From: Gammaproteobacteria bacterium
GTDB taxonomy: Bacteria > Pseudomonadota > Gammaproteobacteria > Pseudomonadales > Azotimanducaceae
Length of the DNA stretch: 64,000 bases
Direction of reading: 5' to 3'
Assembly (NCBI GenBank): GCA_004357385.1
Contig: SMWF01000003.1
Coordinates: 50,635-114,634, forward strand
The translations under genes were made by a program, and so were the position numbers. The notes under the pieces are model-generated. The model did not search any database. It worked only from the letters and a program-made list of their open reading frames with translations, and was not told the origin of the DNA. Below, piece by piece: positions 50,833 through 60,845 of this stretch. Numbering within the stretch: the first letter of the stretch is position 1; every line of letters begins with the position of its first letter.

Positions 50833-52809
50833 TCAGTCTCCGCTGACCACCGCCAGCACTGATCCTTCGGTGATTCGATCTCCCGCAGACACCGGTAACT
50901 CGGTGACGCGGCCGTCAATCGGCGCAACGATGATGTGTTCCATTTTCATCGCTTCCAGCACCATCAGCGGTTGATCGCGCTTCACCGCCGCCCCCTGTTT
51001 CACGTCAACGCTGAGCAACTGGCCCGGCATGGGTGCAAGCACCCGGCCATCGCCCGGCCCCTGGTCGGCGAGGCTGGCAGCGTCGGGCTCGATCTCGGTC
51101 ACCTTTTCGCTGGCGCCGTCGGCCAGCAGGTACCAATCCAATCCATCGCGGATGATCCGCCAGCGCACCCGGGACCCGTTGATCGTGGCAACGAATCGAC
51201 CGTCCGAGCCACTCCCCGATTCAGCCCCGGAGTCACCCTCCGAATCAGCAATGTCCCGCACCGCGAAGAACGTCTTGGCGACGCTCACATCGTAGCCGTT
51301 GCCCGTGATCTCCAGGTGCACCTCGTGTGTCGTCCCCGCGTGACGCAGCGTCAACCGTTCCCGGCCCCGCCGGTTGATTCGGAACCCATCGCCGCGTTGC
51401 CAGGGTGAGTCGGAACGACGCACGCGTAGCGCCATCACCGCTGCAACCGCCAGCGCTTCGGGCCGGTGGGCGGGAATCAGTGCATCGCCGCCGGTCTCGA
51501 TCAGCGCCGTGGTGTAGTCGCCCGCGCGGAAACTCTCATCTGCAAGCACGCGCCGCAGAAACGACACGTTGTGCTCGACGCCCGCAATCTCCGTCGCCGC
51601 CAGCGCCCGATCGAGCCGCTCGATGGCTTCGGCCCGATTCGTCCCATGGGCAATGATCTTGGCGAGCATCGGATCGTAGTGCACGCTGACCTCCGACCCG
51701 GAGCCAACACCGGCGTCGACCCGAACCCCGGAGGGAAATGCCACGTGAACCAGGCGTCCGGTCGACGGCAGGAATTTACGCCGCGGATTTTCCGCGTACA
51801 CCCGGACTTCGACGGCGTGCCCGTCGATCGTCAGGTCCTCCTGCGTGAATGACAACGCCTCGCCCGCGGCGATCCGCAACTGCCATTCAACCAGGTCGAG
51901 GCCCAGTATTGCTTCGGTGACCGGGTGCTCGACCTGCAGCCGGGTGTTCATTTCCATGAAGTAGAATTCGTCGCCTTCGCTGATGAATTCGACGGTACCC
52001 GCGCCCACATACCCGACGGCCTGGGCCGCTGCCACCGCGGCCTCACCCATGCGCGCGCGCAGCGCTTCATCGACACTCGGGCCCGGCGCTTCTTCCACCA
52101 CCTTCTGGTGGCGGCGCTGTACCGAACAGTCCCGTTCGAACAACGAAAGGGTCCGGCCGTGGGTGTCCGCCAGGATCTGCACCTCGAGGTGCTTTGGCCG
52201 GGTGAGAAATTTCTCCAGCAGCACATCGTCCTCGCCAAAGGCGGCGGCGGCTTCGCGGCGCGCGGCCGCCAGCGCCGTTTCGAACCCGCCCGAATCCTCC
52301 ACCAGTCGCATACCCTTGCCGCCACCACCCGCCGAGGCTTTGATCAGCAGCGGGTACCCCAGCCGTTCGGCTTCGGCCGCCAGGGTCGCGGTGTCCTGAC
52401 TGTCCTGGTAGCCCGGCACTACCGGCGTGCCCGCCGCCGCGACGATCCGTTTCGCTTCGATCTTCGAACCCATCGCGCGCATCGCCTCGGGCGTCGGACC
52501 GACAAAGACGAGTCCCGCATCCGCGCACGCCTGGGCAAACTCGGCGTTCTCCGCAACAAACCCATAACCCGGATGCACGCTGTCCGCACCCGACTTGGCG
52601 GCCGCGGCCAGCAGCGCTTCGATGTCCAGATAACTGTCCCGCGCCGCTGCACCGCCTATGTGCTCCGCGCGATCCGCCGCCCGCACATGCAGGGCGTCGC
52701 GATCCACGTCTGAGAACACCGCCACGGTCTCGATCGAAAGGCGCCGGGCGCTACGGATGATCCGGCAGGCGATCTCTCCTCGATTGGCAATGAGTAGGCG
52801 CTTCAACAC
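50833..52809 (-). CDS. liuD: Methylcrotonyl-CoA carboxylase alpha subunit (biotin carboxylase + BCCP)
   Basis: Biotin carboxylase blocks (LLIANRGEIACR, the ATP-grasp domain) and the C-terminal biotinylation motif EAMKMEH. Paired with a LiuB-type beta subunit. Confidence 0.82.
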   Translation of the reverse strand: MLKRLLIANRGEIACRIIRSARRLSIETVAVFSDVDRDALHVRAADRAEHIGGAAARDSYLDIEALLAAAAKSGADSVHPGYGFVAENAEFAQACADAGLVFVGPTPEAMRAMGSKIEAKRIVAAAGTPVVPGYQDSQDTATLAAEAERLGYPLLIKASAGGGGKGMRLVEDSGGFETALAAARREAAAAFGEDDVLLEKFLTRPKHLEVQILADTHGRTLSLFERDCSVQRRHQKVVEEAPGPSVDEALRARMGEAAVAAAQAVGYVGAGTVEFISEGDEFYFMEMNTRLQVEHPVTEAILGLDLVEWQLRIAAGEALSFTQEDLTIDGHAVEVRVYAENPRRKFLPSTGRLVHVAFPSGVRVDAGVGSGSEVSVHYDPMLAKIIAHGTNRAEAIERLDRALAATEIAGVEHNVSFLRRVLADESFRAGDYTTALIETGGDALIPAHRPEALAVAAVMALRVRRSDSPWQRGDGFRINRRGRERLTLRHAGTTHEVHLEITGNGYDVSVAKTFFAVRDIADSEGDSGAESGSGSDGRFVATINGSRVRWRIIRDGLDWYLLADGASEKVTEIEPDAASLADQGPGDGRVLAPMPGQLLSVDVKQGAAVKRDQPLMVLEAMKMEHIIVAPIDGRVTELPVSAGDRITEGSVLAVVSGD

Positions 52810-52815
52810 CTGGGC

Positions 52816-54438
52816 TTACATCCTGAATATGCCGAACTTGCTGTCGGGATCTGCTCCGGGCTTGGAAAAGTCACGCAGCGCCAGATCAAGCGCCAGGCTC
52901 AACACGCGCCGGGTATCAACCGGTGCGATCACGCCATCGTCCCAGAGCCGTGCGCTCGCATAAAAGGGATGGCCCTGGTGCTCGTATTGCGTGCGGATGT
53001 CGTTCATGAACGCATCCTGCTCGGCCATGGGCCACTCGCCACCCCGCGCTTCGATGGCATCGCGGCGGACCGTTGCCAGCACGTGTGCCGCCTGCTCGCC
53101 GCCCATTACCGAAATCCGCGCGTTGGGCCAGGTCCACAGCATTCGCGGACTGTACGATCGGCCACCCATCGCATAGTTGCCGGCACCGAAGGAGCCCCCA
53201 ATCACCACCGTGAACTTCGGCACCCGGGCACAGGCCACCGCGGTGACCATCTTTGCACCATCCTTGGCGATGCCCCGGTGCTCGTAGGTCTGCCCGACCA
53301 TGAAGCCGGTGATGTTCTGGAGGAACAGCAGCGGAATTCCACGTCGATCCGCAAGCTGGATGAAGTGCGCGCCTTTCAGCGCAGATTCGGAAAACAGAAT
53401 GCCGTTGTTCGCCAGGATCGCCACCGGAAAGCCATCGATGTGGGCAAACCCGCAGACCAGCGTCTCGCCGTACAGCGCTTTGAACTCGTGCAGCTCGGAG
53501 CGGTCGACCAACCGGGCGATCACTTCCCGCACGTCATAGGGCGTCCGGGTATCTGTCGGCAATACGCCATACAACTCATCACTCGCATACTGCGGCGGCG
53601 CCGGCAACTGGCGCTCCAGCGAACGGGAGTAGCGAACCGCGCTGTGGGCGATCACTTCCCGCGCGATTGCCAGCGCGTGTTCGTCGTTGTTGGCCAGGTA
53701 GTCGGCTACCCCGGATTTGCGCGCGTGCACATCGCCACCACCCAGCGATTCGGCGTCGACTTCCTCGCCGGTGGCGGCCTTCACCAGCGGCGGCCCGCCG
53801 AGGAATATCGTGCCCTGATTGCGCACGATGATGGCCTGATCACACATCGCCGGTACGTAGGCGCCGCCTGCGGTGCACGAACCCATCACGATCGCGAGCT
53901 GGGGTATCCCCTGCGCCGACATGTTGGCCTGGTTGTAGAACGCCCGGCCGAAGTGGTCCCGGTCCGGGAAAACGTCTTCCTGCATCGGCAGGAACGCACC
54001 GCCCGAATCCACCAGGTAGATGCAGGGCAGATGATGCGCGGCCGCGATCTCCTGAGCACGGAGATGCTTTTTGACGGTGATTGGGTAGTAAGTCCCGCCC
54101 TTTACGGTCGCGTCGTTGGCCACCAGCATGCATTCGGTGCCCGAGACCCGGCCGATGCCGGTGATGATGCTGCCGCCGGGCACCCAGTCGTCGTACAACT
54201 CGTAGCCTGCCAACTGGGAAAGCTCCAGGAACGAAGAACCCCGGTCCAGCAGGCCGTCTACGCGATCCCGCGGCAGTAATTTGCCACGCTCGACGTGCCG
54301 CGTGCGCGAGCGCTCATCACCGCCAAGCGCCAGCCGCGCGCACAGCTCGGCCAACTCGTCGGCCAGCCCGCGATGGTGAGCTTCGTTGGCCGTGAACACT
54401 ACCGAGCTCACGTCGATTTTGCTTTGAAGAATGGCCAT
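52816..54438 (-). CDS. liuB: Methylcrotonyl-CoA carboxylase beta subunit (carboxyltransferase)
   Basis: 540 aa, colinear with MCCase beta: [36 protein letters not shown]. Confidence 0.88.
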   Translation of the reverse strand: MAILQSKIDVSSVVFTANEAHHRGLADELAELCARLALGGDERSRTRHVERGKLLPRDRVDGLLDRGSSFLELSQLAGYELYDDWVPGGSIITGIGRVSGTECMLVANDATVKGGTYYPITVKKHLRAQEIAAAHHLPCIYLVDSGGAFLPMQEDVFPDRDHFGRAFYNQANMSAQGIPQLAIVMGSCTAGGAYVPAMCDQAIIVRNQGTIFLGGPPLVKAATGEEVDAESLGGGDVHARKSGVADYLANNDEHALAIAREVIAHSAVRYSRSLERQLPAPPQYASDELYGVLPTDTRTPYDVREVIARLVDRSELHEFKALYGETLVCGFAHIDGFPVAILANNGILFSESALKGAHFIQLADRRGIPLLFLQNITGFMVGQTYEHRGIAKDGAKMVTAVACARVPKFTVVIGGSFGAGNYAMGGRSYSPRMLWTWPNARISVMGGEQAAHVLATVRRDAIEARGGEWPMAEQDAFMNDIRTQYEHQGHPFYASARLWDDGVIAPVDTRRVLSLALDLALRDFSKPGADPDSKFGIFRM

Positions 54439-54533
54439 ACTGATGCGGTCCGGACGACCGCCGGCTGCCCGTTGCCCTGGGTTTGGTCGAATGCAAACAG
54501 GAGAGTTTCGCAGACATCACTCGAGGTTGTCGA

Positions 54534-55922
54534 ATGCCCGGCAGCAAGCAAAATAAATCCCGCGCCGACACCGTCAAAGCGCTGCTGCAGCAACGCAAAG
54601 CCCGTTTCGTGACACTCGCATTCGTCGATCTCAACGGTCAGCTACGCGGCAAGACCGTCGCCGCCGACAAAATACCCGCGGCCATCGAGGCCGGCGTCCC
54701 GTTCGCGCCATACACGCACATGATGGACTTCGGCGACCGGCCGTTGATGCCCCGCGGGTACCTGGACGGCAACCTGGCCTTCGAGGACAACCTGTGTCGG
54801 ATCGCCGAGGGCGAACGATGCCTGCCCTTCGAGGACAAAGACTCCAATCTCTTCTACTTCGTCGAGTTCGAGCCCGGCACCCGCGGCCATGAATGGGATC
54901 CACGAATCGCCTATCAACGCGCCGAAGCGCGGCTGGAGAAACTCGGTGCCCAGCCCGTGCAGTCGTTGGAATACGAGTTCCGGATCTTCAAGGAAACGCC
55001 GGACAGTGCGGCAAGCAAGGGCTATCACGATCTGAAGTTGCTGAGCGACGTGTCGACTTACGGCGGCATCATGCGTCAAGGCGTGCATGCCGAGTTCTTC
55101 AAGGAACTCTGCGACATGTGCGATGCGATGCAGGTGCAGCTGGCGAGCATGCACTGGGAAGTCGCTCCCAGCCTCGCCGAGGTCGCCATCGCACACCGAC
55201 CCGGCATCGCTGCCGCGGACGACGCGATATTGTTCAAGACCCATTCAAAGGTGCTGGCCGAGCGACACGATCTACTGCTGTCGTACATGGCTCGCCCGCT
55301 GGATGACGCCGATGGGCAGAGCGGTCACGTGCACCTGTCGCTGCTCACTACGCGAGGCCGCAACCTGTTCCACGACGCTAAGGCTGAACACGGCATCAGC
55401 GGGGTCATGCGCCACTTCATCGGCGGCCTGCAGGCCCACATACCGGACCTGCTGCTGATGCTGGCACCCAACATCAACTCCTTCAAACGGCTGGTGCCGG
55501 GCCATTTCGCTCCGGTCGCCGCCAACTGGGGCATCGACAATCGTACCTGCGGCATCCGCGTTATCCCCGGCGCCGCCGACAGCCAGCGCATCGAATGTCG
55601 CGTGGCAGGTTCGGACACCAATCCCTACCTGGTGCTGGCGGCGATACTCGGCGCCGGGGCACTGGGAATGGAAGGACGCCTGGAACCCGGCCCCGCCAGC
55701 CTCGGCAACACCCAACTTGATGTGACGAAGATCGACAAGGCGCATCGATTTCCGGGCAGCTTCGATGAAGCCATTACCCGCTTCGAAAACTCCAGCGCGG
55801 CAAAAGAACTGTTCGGAGAGGATTTCGTGGCGATGTTTGGGGGCACCCGCCGCGCCCAGGCACGGCAGTTCGCCCGGATGGTGAGCAACAAGGAGCTGGA
55901 GCGCTTCCTCGAACTGAGCTGA
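54534..55922 (+). CDS. Glutamine synthetase-family enzyme (gamma-glutamyl-amine synthetase-like)
   Basis: GS catalytic-domain blocks (MHWEVAPSLAEVA, GQSGHVHLSL, NWGIDNRTCGIRV). Start re-placed at the ATG at 54534, with GAGG 8 nt upstream. The amine substrate is unknown. Confidence 0.82.
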   Translation: MPGSKQNKSRADTVKALLQQRKARFVTLAFVDLNGQLRGKTVAADKIPAAIEAGVPFAPYTHMMDFGDRPLMPRGYLDGNLAFEDNLCRIAEGERCLPFEDKDSNLFYFVEFEPGTRGHEWDPRIAYQRAEARLEKLGAQPVQSLEYEFRIFKETPDSAASKGYHDLKLLSDVSTYGGIMRQGVHAEFFKELCDMCDAMQVQLASMHWEVAPSLAEVAIAHRPGIAAADDAILFKTHSKVLAERHDLLLSYMARPLDDADGQSGHVHLSLLTTRGRNLFHDAKAEHGISGVMRHFIGGLQAHIPDLLLMLAPNINSFKRLVPGHFAPVAANWGIDNRTCGIRVIPGAADSQRIECRVAGSDTNPYLVLAAILGAGALGMEGRLEPGPASLGNTQLDVTKIDKAHRFPGSFDEAITRFENSSAAKELFGEDFVAMFGGTRRAQARQFARMVSNKELERFLELS

Positions 55923-55944
55923 CGTGGATCCGGGCGGCAACGGC

Positions 55945-56577
55945 TCACCGATCGACGGCCGTGCTCATCATCAGAAATCCAGTGAAGGCAGCATTGTTGG
56001 GTGACAGGCTGGGGTCGACCTGGGCTTTCATGTCGCCTATCACGGACCGGTATCGCTCGTAGAATGACCAGCTCGGGCGCGGTCGATACTCGAGATCCTC
56101 CAACTCGAACTGGCGGATAACATTCTTGGTCGTCGTCGGCTTCACGAACACCTCCTCCTGAGGGCGGAAATGGTGGAGGTGAATCGTCATGAGGCTCCAC
56201 TTCGCGAGCTTACCCTCCGTCAGCACATCGAGGACGTCGTTGAACCCCTGCTCCTGCTTGCCGTGCAGCAGGCGCTTGTACCCTGCCACCAGATACTCGC
56301 GGTCGCCGCGGGCAAGGCCGTTCACATAATCGCGAAATTTCGGTTTTTCGAACCTGGACACCATCGATGAGCGACTCGCGATCTTCACGATGTCGTCCAA
56401 CAGGGTGCCGGGCTTCGCGAAGTTCTTTTTCGCCAGCGCGGTGGCGGCATATTCAGAGAGTTTCACGACATTGTGCCGTTTGGCGACGACCTGCTGCATT
56501 TCCTCGTTCTGGAACCCGCCGGGATAGCGGTACAGGAACTGGGCTTCGGCTTCGCGGAGTTTGCTGAGATTCATCAA
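55945..56577 (-). CDS. Hypothetical protein (210 aa)
   Basis: Clean ORF with protein-like composition, last gene of the minus-strand amine-catabolism operon. I recognise no family. Confidence 0.5.
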   Translation of the reverse strand: MMNLSKLREAEAQFLYRYPGGFQNEEMQQVVAKRHNVVKLSEYAATALAKKNFAKPGTLLDDIVKIASRSSMVSRFEKPKFRDYVNGLARGDREYLVAGYKRLLHGKQEQGFNDVLDVLTEGKLAKWSLMTIHLHHFRPQEEVFVKPTTTKNVIRQFELEDLEYRPRPSWSFYERYRSVIGDMKAQVDPSLSPNNAAFTGFLMMSTAVDR

Positions 56578-56580
56578 AGG

Positions 56581-56871
56581 CTACCGTTGGCGTACGTCGA
56601 TCTCGGCGGTCAATCGCTCCCGTAACGCATCGATCTCGACGGGGCGGTTCGATCGATAACGGCCCACCTCGGCCGCGTCGTAAGAGGCGAAATCGGATGG
56701 TAACGATTCAGCGGCAAAATACTCGGCGATCCAGTTCAACACCGAGGCAAGCGCGCGATCATCCAGCGCCGCGTCCGCGGCGCCCGGCACCTGAGCGAGG
56801 TAAGCCCGGCCCTCGGCGGTGTTCGATCGCGTCCCGAGACACCAATCGATATCGTTGCTTCTGACCGGCAT
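56581..56871 (-). CDS. Hypothetical protein (96 aa)
   Basis: ORF 47 nt after the aminotransferase stop, ending 3 nt before the next ORF. Helical, acidic. I recognise no family. Confidence 0.4.
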   Translation of the reverse strand: MPVRSNDIDWCLGTRSNTAEGRAYLAQVPGAADAALDDRALASVLNWIAEYFAAESLPSDFASYDAAEVGRYRSNRPVEIDALRERLTAEIDVRQR

Positions 56872-56918
56872 GTATACGGGCTTGTCGCCTTCGTCATCGC
56901 GCCGCCCCCCTTACTCGT

Positions 56919-58313
56919 TCACCCAGATGCGTTCAGCCAGGTCTCCGTCTCATTCAATGCGGTACCGAACTTGTCGAAGATCTCGTCGACCTGTGTCTCG
57001 TTGATGATCAGCGGCGGACAAAACGCCAGGGAATCACCCAATGAGCGCACCAGCAACCCGTTCGCCTCACAACGTCCCATGCAGTAGGCACCGACGGCCT
57101 GCTTCGGATCGAAGGCTTGCCCGCTGGCCTTGTTCGCTACCAGCTCGATGGCGCCGAGCAGGCCGACGCCGCGCGTCTCGCCTACCAGCGGATGATCGGC
57201 AAAGCCATGCAACCGCGCCTGGAAGCTCTCGCCCACGGAAGCGGCGTGCGCAAATATCTGCCGCTCCTCCATCAGTTCGAGGTTCCTGAGCGCCACCGCG
57301 GCACACACCGGGTGTCCCGAATACGTGAATCCATGACCGAAGGTGCCGACCTCGCCGGATTGTTCGATGAACGGCTCGTACATGAACTCCGGAATCACGA
57401 CCGCAGACAATGGCAGGTAGGCCGAGGAGATCGCCTTGGCCATGCTCATGGTCGTTGGTGTAATGCCGAAGGTCGTCGCACCAAAGTCGTTGCCGGTGCG
57501 GCCGAAGCCGCAGATCACTTCATCGTCGATGAAGAAGATATCGTGCTCTGCCAACAGCTTCTGTACCGCGTCGAAGTATCCGTCCGGCGGAACCACCACG
57601 CCACCGGCCCCCATCACCGGTTCGGCGATGAACGCAGCAATGGTTTCGGGGCCCTCATCGAGGATCAACCGCTCGAGGTTCCCGACAATCCGGGCAACGA
57701 ACTCTGCCTCACTTTCACCGTCCACAGCACCACGGTAGTAGTGCGGGCAATCGGTATGCAGTATGCCGGGGATCGGCAGGTCGAAGTGCTTGTGGAACGG
57801 TGGCAGCCCGGTGAGGCTGCCGCTGGCGACCGTCACGCCGTGGTAGCCGCGCGTGCGGCTGATGATCTTTTTCTTTTCCGGCTTGCCGATGGCGTTGAAG
57901 TAGTACCACATCAACTTGATCTGAGTGTCGTTGGCGTCCGAGCCCGACAGCCCGAAGAACACCCGTCCGGCATCGAATGGCATCATGCTCTTCAGCTTTT
58001 CCGCGAGCAGCACGCTCGGCTCGTTGGTCTTGCCGCCGAACAGCTGTGAGTAACTCAACTCGCGCATCTGCTTTGCGGCCACCTCGATCAGCTCTTCCTC
58101 ACCGTAGCCGATGGCGGTACACCACAGCCCGGCCATCCCCTCGATGTACTTGTTACCCTTGTTGTCCCACAGATACGCGCCCTCGGCGCGCTGGTGTACC
58201 ACCGGACCCTTCTCATGGTGCATTTGGAGATTGGTGACGGGATGCAGCAGATGCTCCAGGTCTTTGGCTTCGATCGAGCCCGGCGGGGCAACGTTGTGTA
58301 GCGCTTCACTCAT
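56919..58313 (-). CDS. Class-III (omega) aminotransferase
   Basis: Start re-placed at MSEALHN (58313). Family blocks GLWCTAIGYG, PLP-site DEVICGFGRTG, and SMAKAISSAYLPLSAV containing the Lys. Confidence 0.9.
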   Translation of the reverse strand: MSEALHNVAPPGSIEAKDLEHLLHPVTNLQMHHEKGPVVHQRAEGAYLWDNKGNKYIEGMAGLWCTAIGYGEEELIEVAAKQMRELSYSQLFGGKTNEPSVLLAEKLKSMMPFDAGRVFFGLSGSDANDTQIKLMWYYFNAIGKPEKKKIISRTRGYHGVTVASGSLTGLPPFHKHFDLPIPGILHTDCPHYYRGAVDGESEAEFVARIVGNLERLILDEGPETIAAFIAEPVMGAGGVVVPPDGYFDAVQKLLAEHDIFFIDDEVICGFGRTGNDFGATTFGITPTTMSMAKAISSAYLPLSAVVIPEFMYEPFIEQSGEVGTFGHGFTYSGHPVCAAVALRNLELMEERQIFAHAASVGESFQARLHGFADHPLVGETRGVGLLGAIELVANKASGQAFDPKQAVGAYCMGRCEANGLLVRSLGDSLAFCPPLIINETQVDEIFDKFGTALNETETWLNASG

Positions 58314-59665
58314 CAGTCGAGTTCCTTGATTGCGTCGGCGACGATGCTGAACACATCGTCGAGTTGATTTTTTTCCATGACAAAGGGTGGTCCGAACTGC
58401 AGGGTATCGCCTCCGTAGCGCACGTATAACCCCTTTTCCCAACACTTCATGGCAATTTCGTAGGGCCGGCGAGCGGGTTCACCGGGGTAGGCCTCGATGC
58501 TGAGCGCGCCGGCAAAACCGTAGTTGCGGATATCGGTGATGTACCTGGTGCCCCGTAAGGCATGAATACCCGCTTCGAAGTGGCTGGCTTTGTCTGCGAC
58601 CTGTTGATCGAGCTTTTCGTCGACGAAGATGTCGAGCGCCGCGAGCGCCGCGGCGCATGCCACGGGATGTCCGGAGTAGGTATAGCCGTGGGGAAACTCG
58701 ACCATGTAGTCGGGTCCACCGGCTGCCATGAAGGTCTCGTAGATGTCGTCGCGCACCACCACCGCGCCCATCGGCACCGCACCGTTGGTGAGCTGTTTGG
58801 CGAGGTTGATGATGTCCGGGATCACGCCGAACGCCTCGGATCCGGTGCGCGCGCCGGCGCGACCGAACCCGGTGATGACTTCATCGAAGATCAGCAGAAT
58901 GTCGTGTTTCGTGCACAGCTCACGCAGCCGCTGCAGGTACCCGTGGGGCGGTATGACGACACCGCCGGACCCGGCAAAGGGTTCGACGATCACCGCCGCG
59001 ATGTTCGATGCATCGTGCAACGCGACCAGTTCGTCGAGTTCCTCCGCAAGTTCTGCGCCCTCCTGAGGTTGCCCGCGGGTGAACGTGGCACCTTCAATCA
59101 GGGTGTGCCGCAGGTGATCGCTGTCCACGGCCTGGCCGAACAACTTGCGGTTCAGTCCGATTCCGCCCACCGAGATGCCGCCGAAGTTGGCGCCGTGATA
59201 GCCCTTGGCCCGGCCGATCAGTTTGGTCTTGCCCGGTTGGCCCTGCTGACGCCAGTACGCGCGGGCGATTTTCAGCGAAGTATCCGTCGCCTCGGATCCC
59301 GAGTTGACGAAAAACACATGGTTCAAGCCATCCGGCATCAACCCCGCAACGCGGTTGGCGAGCTGAAATACCTTGGGATGACCGAACTGGAACGCTGGCG
59401 AGTAGTCGAGGGTCGTAAGCTGCGCGGTCACCGCCTCCGCGATCTCCGGCCGGTTGTGACCGGCGCCGCAGCACCACAGGCCAGACAGGCTGTCGAGCAC
59501 CTTGCGGCCGTCGGCGGTGATGTAGTGAACGCCCTGGGCCCCGGCAATGATTCGCGGGTTCGCCTTGAAATTCCGATTACCCGTGAATGGCATCCAATAC
59601 GCTTCGAGTTCCTTCGGACCGAGTTCGGCAAGGTGTCGCGTCGCGTGTTCGGGTTGACTCACCAC
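58313..59665 (-). CDS. Class-III (omega) aminotransferase, beta-alanine/omega-amino acid:pyruvate type
   Basis: YWMPFTGNRNFK N-terminal block, GLWCCGAGH, DEVITGFGRAG, and LAKQLTNGAVPMGAV. GTG start. One-base stop/start overlap with the next aminotransferase. Confidence 0.9.
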   Translation of the reverse strand: MVSQPEHATRHLAELGPKELEAYWMPFTGNRNFKANPRIIAGAQGVHYITADGRKVLDSLSGLWCCGAGHNRPEIAEAVTAQLTTLDYSPAFQFGHPKVFQLANRVAGLMPDGLNHVFFVNSGSEATDTSLKIARAYWRQQGQPGKTKLIGRAKGYHGANFGGISVGGIGLNRKLFGQAVDSDHLRHTLIEGATFTRGQPQEGAELAEELDELVALHDASNIAAVIVEPFAGSGGVVIPPHGYLQRLRELCTKHDILLIFDEVITGFGRAGARTGSEAFGVIPDIINLAKQLTNGAVPMGAVVVRDDIYETFMAAGGPDYMVEFPHGYTYSGHPVACAAALAALDIFVDEKLDQQVADKASHFEAGIHALRGTRYITDIRNYGFAGALSIEAYPGEPARRPYEIAMKCWEKGLYVRYGGDTLQFGPPFVMEKNQLDDVFSIVADAIKELD

Positions 59666-59669
59666 GGAT

Positions 59670-60698
59670 CTACTCCGGTTGTTTGTCCAGCACCATCAGG
59701 CTCAAGATCTCGAACAGCATCTGAGCCGCGACGTGCACGGTGTTCGTGGTGGAATCGTACTGGGGTGCCACTTCGACCACATCGCCGCCGATGATGTCGA
59801 GCCCCTTGAGGCCCCTGAACAGGGCCTGGGTCTCGCGCGGCGTCAACCCCCCGACTTCAGGGGTGCCGGTGCCTGGGCAGAACGCGGGGTCCAGGCCATC
59901 GACGTCGAGCGATACATAGACCGGTCCATCGCCCAGCACGGCCCGGCTTTTCTCGATCAGCGCGGGAATGCCGCGTTGGTCGACTTCCTCGGCATGCACG
60001 ACGGTCATCCCGGACTCGTGGGAAAACTCCCAGAGGTACTCGGAACTGCCACGGATACCAATCTGGATGGTCCGTTCGGGGTCGAGCACGCCGTCCAATA
60101 CCGCCCAGCGAAACGGACCCCCGTGGTGGAACTTTGCACCGTCCATGATGCCCATGGTGTCGCAATGCGCATCGATGTGAATCATCCCGACCGGAGCCTG
60201 CTTGCCGATGGCCTTCAGGATCGGATAGCTGATGGAGTGATCACCACCGACCGACAGTGGCCGGACGCCGGCGTCCACCACACCGTGATAGAACGTCTCT
60301 ATATCCTCGATGCTCTGATCCAGGCTGAAGCGGGACCGGAACGGGACATCGCCCACATCTCCGATCCGGTGGTTTTCGGAGGGCAGTACCTTCAACGCGT
60401 GATTGTACGGACCCACCCGCTCGATGCCTCGAATCGCACGCGGTCCGAAGCGAGCGCCCGGCCGATTGGTCACACCGAGATCCATGGGCACGCCGATCAG
60501 CGCAATGTCGAGTTCATTGAGGTCAGCCACGAGTGGCGCATCGAGCAGGCTGGGCACATTCGCATACGGCAACGAGCGATTGCCCGGATCCGAAAACACT
60601 GCCTCGGCGACGGCTTTGAACGTCGGGTCCTGGATGTCCTCATCAGCCGACGCAGCGCCGTAGCGGCGGCGCAATTCTTCCAGCTTCTTCTGGTCCAT
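59670..60698 (-). CDS. Agmatinase-family ureohydrolase (agmatinase / guanidinobutyrase / guanidinopropionase)
   Basis: Arginase-fold Mn ligands: GGDHSISYP, HIDAHCDT and SLDVDGLDP. The substrate is not deducible. Confidence 0.9.
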   Translation of the reverse strand: MDQKKLEELRRRYGAASADEDIQDPTFKAVAEAVFSDPGNRSLPYANVPSLLDAPLVADLNELDIALIGVPMDLGVTNRPGARFGPRAIRGIERVGPYNHALKVLPSENHRIGDVGDVPFRSRFSLDQSIEDIETFYHGVVDAGVRPLSVGGDHSISYPILKAIGKQAPVGMIHIDAHCDTMGIMDGAKFHHGGPFRWAVLDGVLDPERTIQIGIRGSSEYLWEFSHESGMTVVHAEEVDQRGIPALIEKSRAVLGDGPVYVSLDVDGLDPAFCPGTGTPEVGGLTPRETQALFRGLKGLDIIGGDVVEVAPQYDSTTNTVHVAAQMLFEILSLMVLDKQPE

Positions 60699-60845
60699 GG
60701 TGCGTATGTCTTGGTCGGCGGGCGTCGGCCGCAGTGGAGTCCGTCAGAGTACTGACGGGGCTGCCATGACGCCAGCCCCGCAACTCGATCGGCGCAGCGT
60801 TACGGCGTACGGATGCCTTTCACACGGCCGCGCCGGCCAGCCACA

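Noticed and set aside
56581-56871. The idea that the 96-aa ORF is a remnant of a c-type cytochrome, based on the …AYLAQVPGAA…LASVLNWI… pattern.
   Set aside because: There is no CxxCH heme motif in the ORF or in the 47 nt upstream in any frame. The resemblance is too weak to call.
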